Assembly: GCA_965203355.1 (NCBI GenBank)
Contig: OZ241889.1
Coordinates: forward strand, 3,904,001 to 3,968,000
Source: Candidatus Latescibacterota bacterium
GTDB lineage: Bacteria > Latescibacterota > UBA2968 > UBA8231
DNA length: 64,000 nt
Direction of reading: 5' to 3'
Made by a program: the position numbers and the translations under genes. Below are positions 62,882-64,000 of the stretch, one piece after another. The notes beneath the pieces were generated by a model. The model did not search any database and was not told the DNA's origin. It was given only the letters and a program-made list of their open reading frames with translations. Within the stretch, counting starts at the first letter, position 1, and the number at the start of each line of letters is the position of its first letter.

Positions 62882-64000
62882 TCAAGCGACTGAAACCTTA
62901 TCGCCCTCAACCGTTACGGTGCCGTCCTGCACCAGCTTTCTCAGTGCGGATCCTACCTTCTGATTCGCCTTGGCCGTTACGCGGCGAAAGCCCATCAGCG
63001 ATAGAGCCTCAGAAATGGCTTCCTCTTCAGACATGCTAAAGGCCGCGTGGATTGCCGTGAACAGGGCCTCGCGAATTTCCTCGTCGGGCACCAGCTCGAT
63101 TTTTTTAACGGTGGGCGGCATATCCGAGCGGTCGCGCACCCGTACAGGCTTATCGCTATTGGCAAATAGGAAGTCGCCTTCTAAGTAGAGGAATCCATTC
63201 CCTTGACCGTACTCGGCGGCTCGTTTTATATGCGCTAGCATTCGCGAACCCACGCGGGCAAAACCGGCTGACTCAGCCAATCGCCGCGCCGCCTCTGTCA
63301 AGTGAACGGGGCCTTCAATGTCAACTACCTTGCGCATGGCTTGAGCGACATTGTTTAATGGCAACTCGTGGATCTCAGCGAAATTAGCCATGCCCAAATC
63401 GCCGGTGGCCAACACATAGGCATCGGCCTGCAAGTTGTTTTCCGTCAGCTCGTCGCGCTCGATGCACTTAGACGGCTCGGCGACGCGGGGTTTTTCTTCC
63501 GAATGCAACGCTTGCTCAATAGCCTCTTTGAGGCGCACGCTTTCTCTATGGGGACCCCGGAACCAGTCGGTACTCCAAATGCGATGGAAACGCCAGCCCA
63601 AGCCCTCTAGTACGCTTTGGCGCAAACGGTCGCGGTCGCGGGCCGTTGCCGAGCTGTGATAACTCGCACCGTCGCACTCTACGGCTAAAACATAGCGACC
63701 GGGCTTTTCAGGGTCGCGCACGGCAATGTCAATATAGAAGCCGGCCGAACCCACTTGCGGCTCAATGTCATAGCCGAGTTGGCGAATGGCGTCGCTGACG
63801 GCCTCTTCAAACGGTGAGTCCGTCTCCTTTCCGGTTTCGTGGCGATGATCTAATTCACCGGTCTGCGCGTAGTGCAAGAAGCTCTTTAAGGCGCGAACCC
63901 CAAACGGCGAATCGCGCTCGGTTTTGATGTCGTCCGCCGTAAAATTGCTAAAGACCTCCATCGCCAAGCGCGCGCGCGTGATCAACACATTCAAGCGACG
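62882..64000 (-). CDS. 3' part of an SF1 (UPF1-like) helicase with Vsr-like nuclease and DUF3320-type C-terminus; runs off the window edge
   Basis: RRLNVLITRAR (helicase motif VI), DSPFEE, IDIAV...LAVECDGASYHS..ARDRDRLRQ.VLE.LGWRFHRIWSTDW and VVDIEGPVH. Confidence 0.85.
   Translation of the reverse strand, partial: RRLNVLITRARLAMEVFSNFTADDIKTERDSPFGVRALKSFLHYAQTGELDHRHETGKETDSPFEEAVSDAIRQLGYDIEPQVGSAGFYIDIAVRDPEKPGRYVLAVECDGASYHSSATARDRDRLRQSVLEGLGWRFHRIWSTDWFRGPHRESVRLKEAIEQALHSEEKPRVAEPSKCIERDELTENNLQADAYVLATGDLGMANFAEIHELPLNNVAQAMRKVVDIEGPVHLTEAARRLAESAGFARVGSRMLAHIKRAAEYGQGNGFLYLEGDFLFANSDKPVRVRDRSDMPPTVKKIELVPDEEIREALFTAIHAAFSMSEEEAISEALSLMGFRRVTAKANQKVGSALRKLVQDGTVTVEGDKVSVA

Overview
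This is a GC-rich bacterial chromosomal window. The dockerin/EF-hand-like 'DFDDFF..AD.FG' domains, a C-terminal 'W..VK' motif and DUF6785-type membrane proteins suggest an uncultured FCB-group lineage such as Ca. Latescibacterota; that assignment is inference only. Most of the window is housekeeping: a double-length uvrA, recA, radA, prmC, prfA, rpmE, rho, dnaG, mpl, hisC, rlmH, hpt, dacA, thpR, an RSH enzyme, recD2 and three tRNAs (Val-GAC, Ile2/Met-CAT, Val-CAC). Accessory inserts are an AT-rich type II R-M pair, a T5orf172/GIY-YIG gene, a foreign lipoprotein gene that has replaced the middle of a DUF1385 gene, two MITE families, a heptad-repeat gene flanked by a duplicated recD2 3' end, and the 3' part of a DUF4011/DUF3320-type helicase. 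The best candidate for an undescribed system is the tightly coupled ~12 kb operon at 47516-59571. It encodes an EetA/EetB-like pair, two OPT-like polytopic membrane proteins, a 1583-aa fusion of an M28 peptidase fold with substituted metal ligands to a MacB/FtsX permease, a soluble two-repeat protein, a stand-alone PqqD/RRE protein and a PAP2-like protein, with no ATPase, precursor peptide or modifying enzyme visible. A second notable signal is a shared palindromic operator (CTG-AC-N4-T-CA) at the same position in the uvrA and recA promoter spacers, a candidate lineage-specific SOS box. All family calls are from motif recognition by eye; no searches were run.
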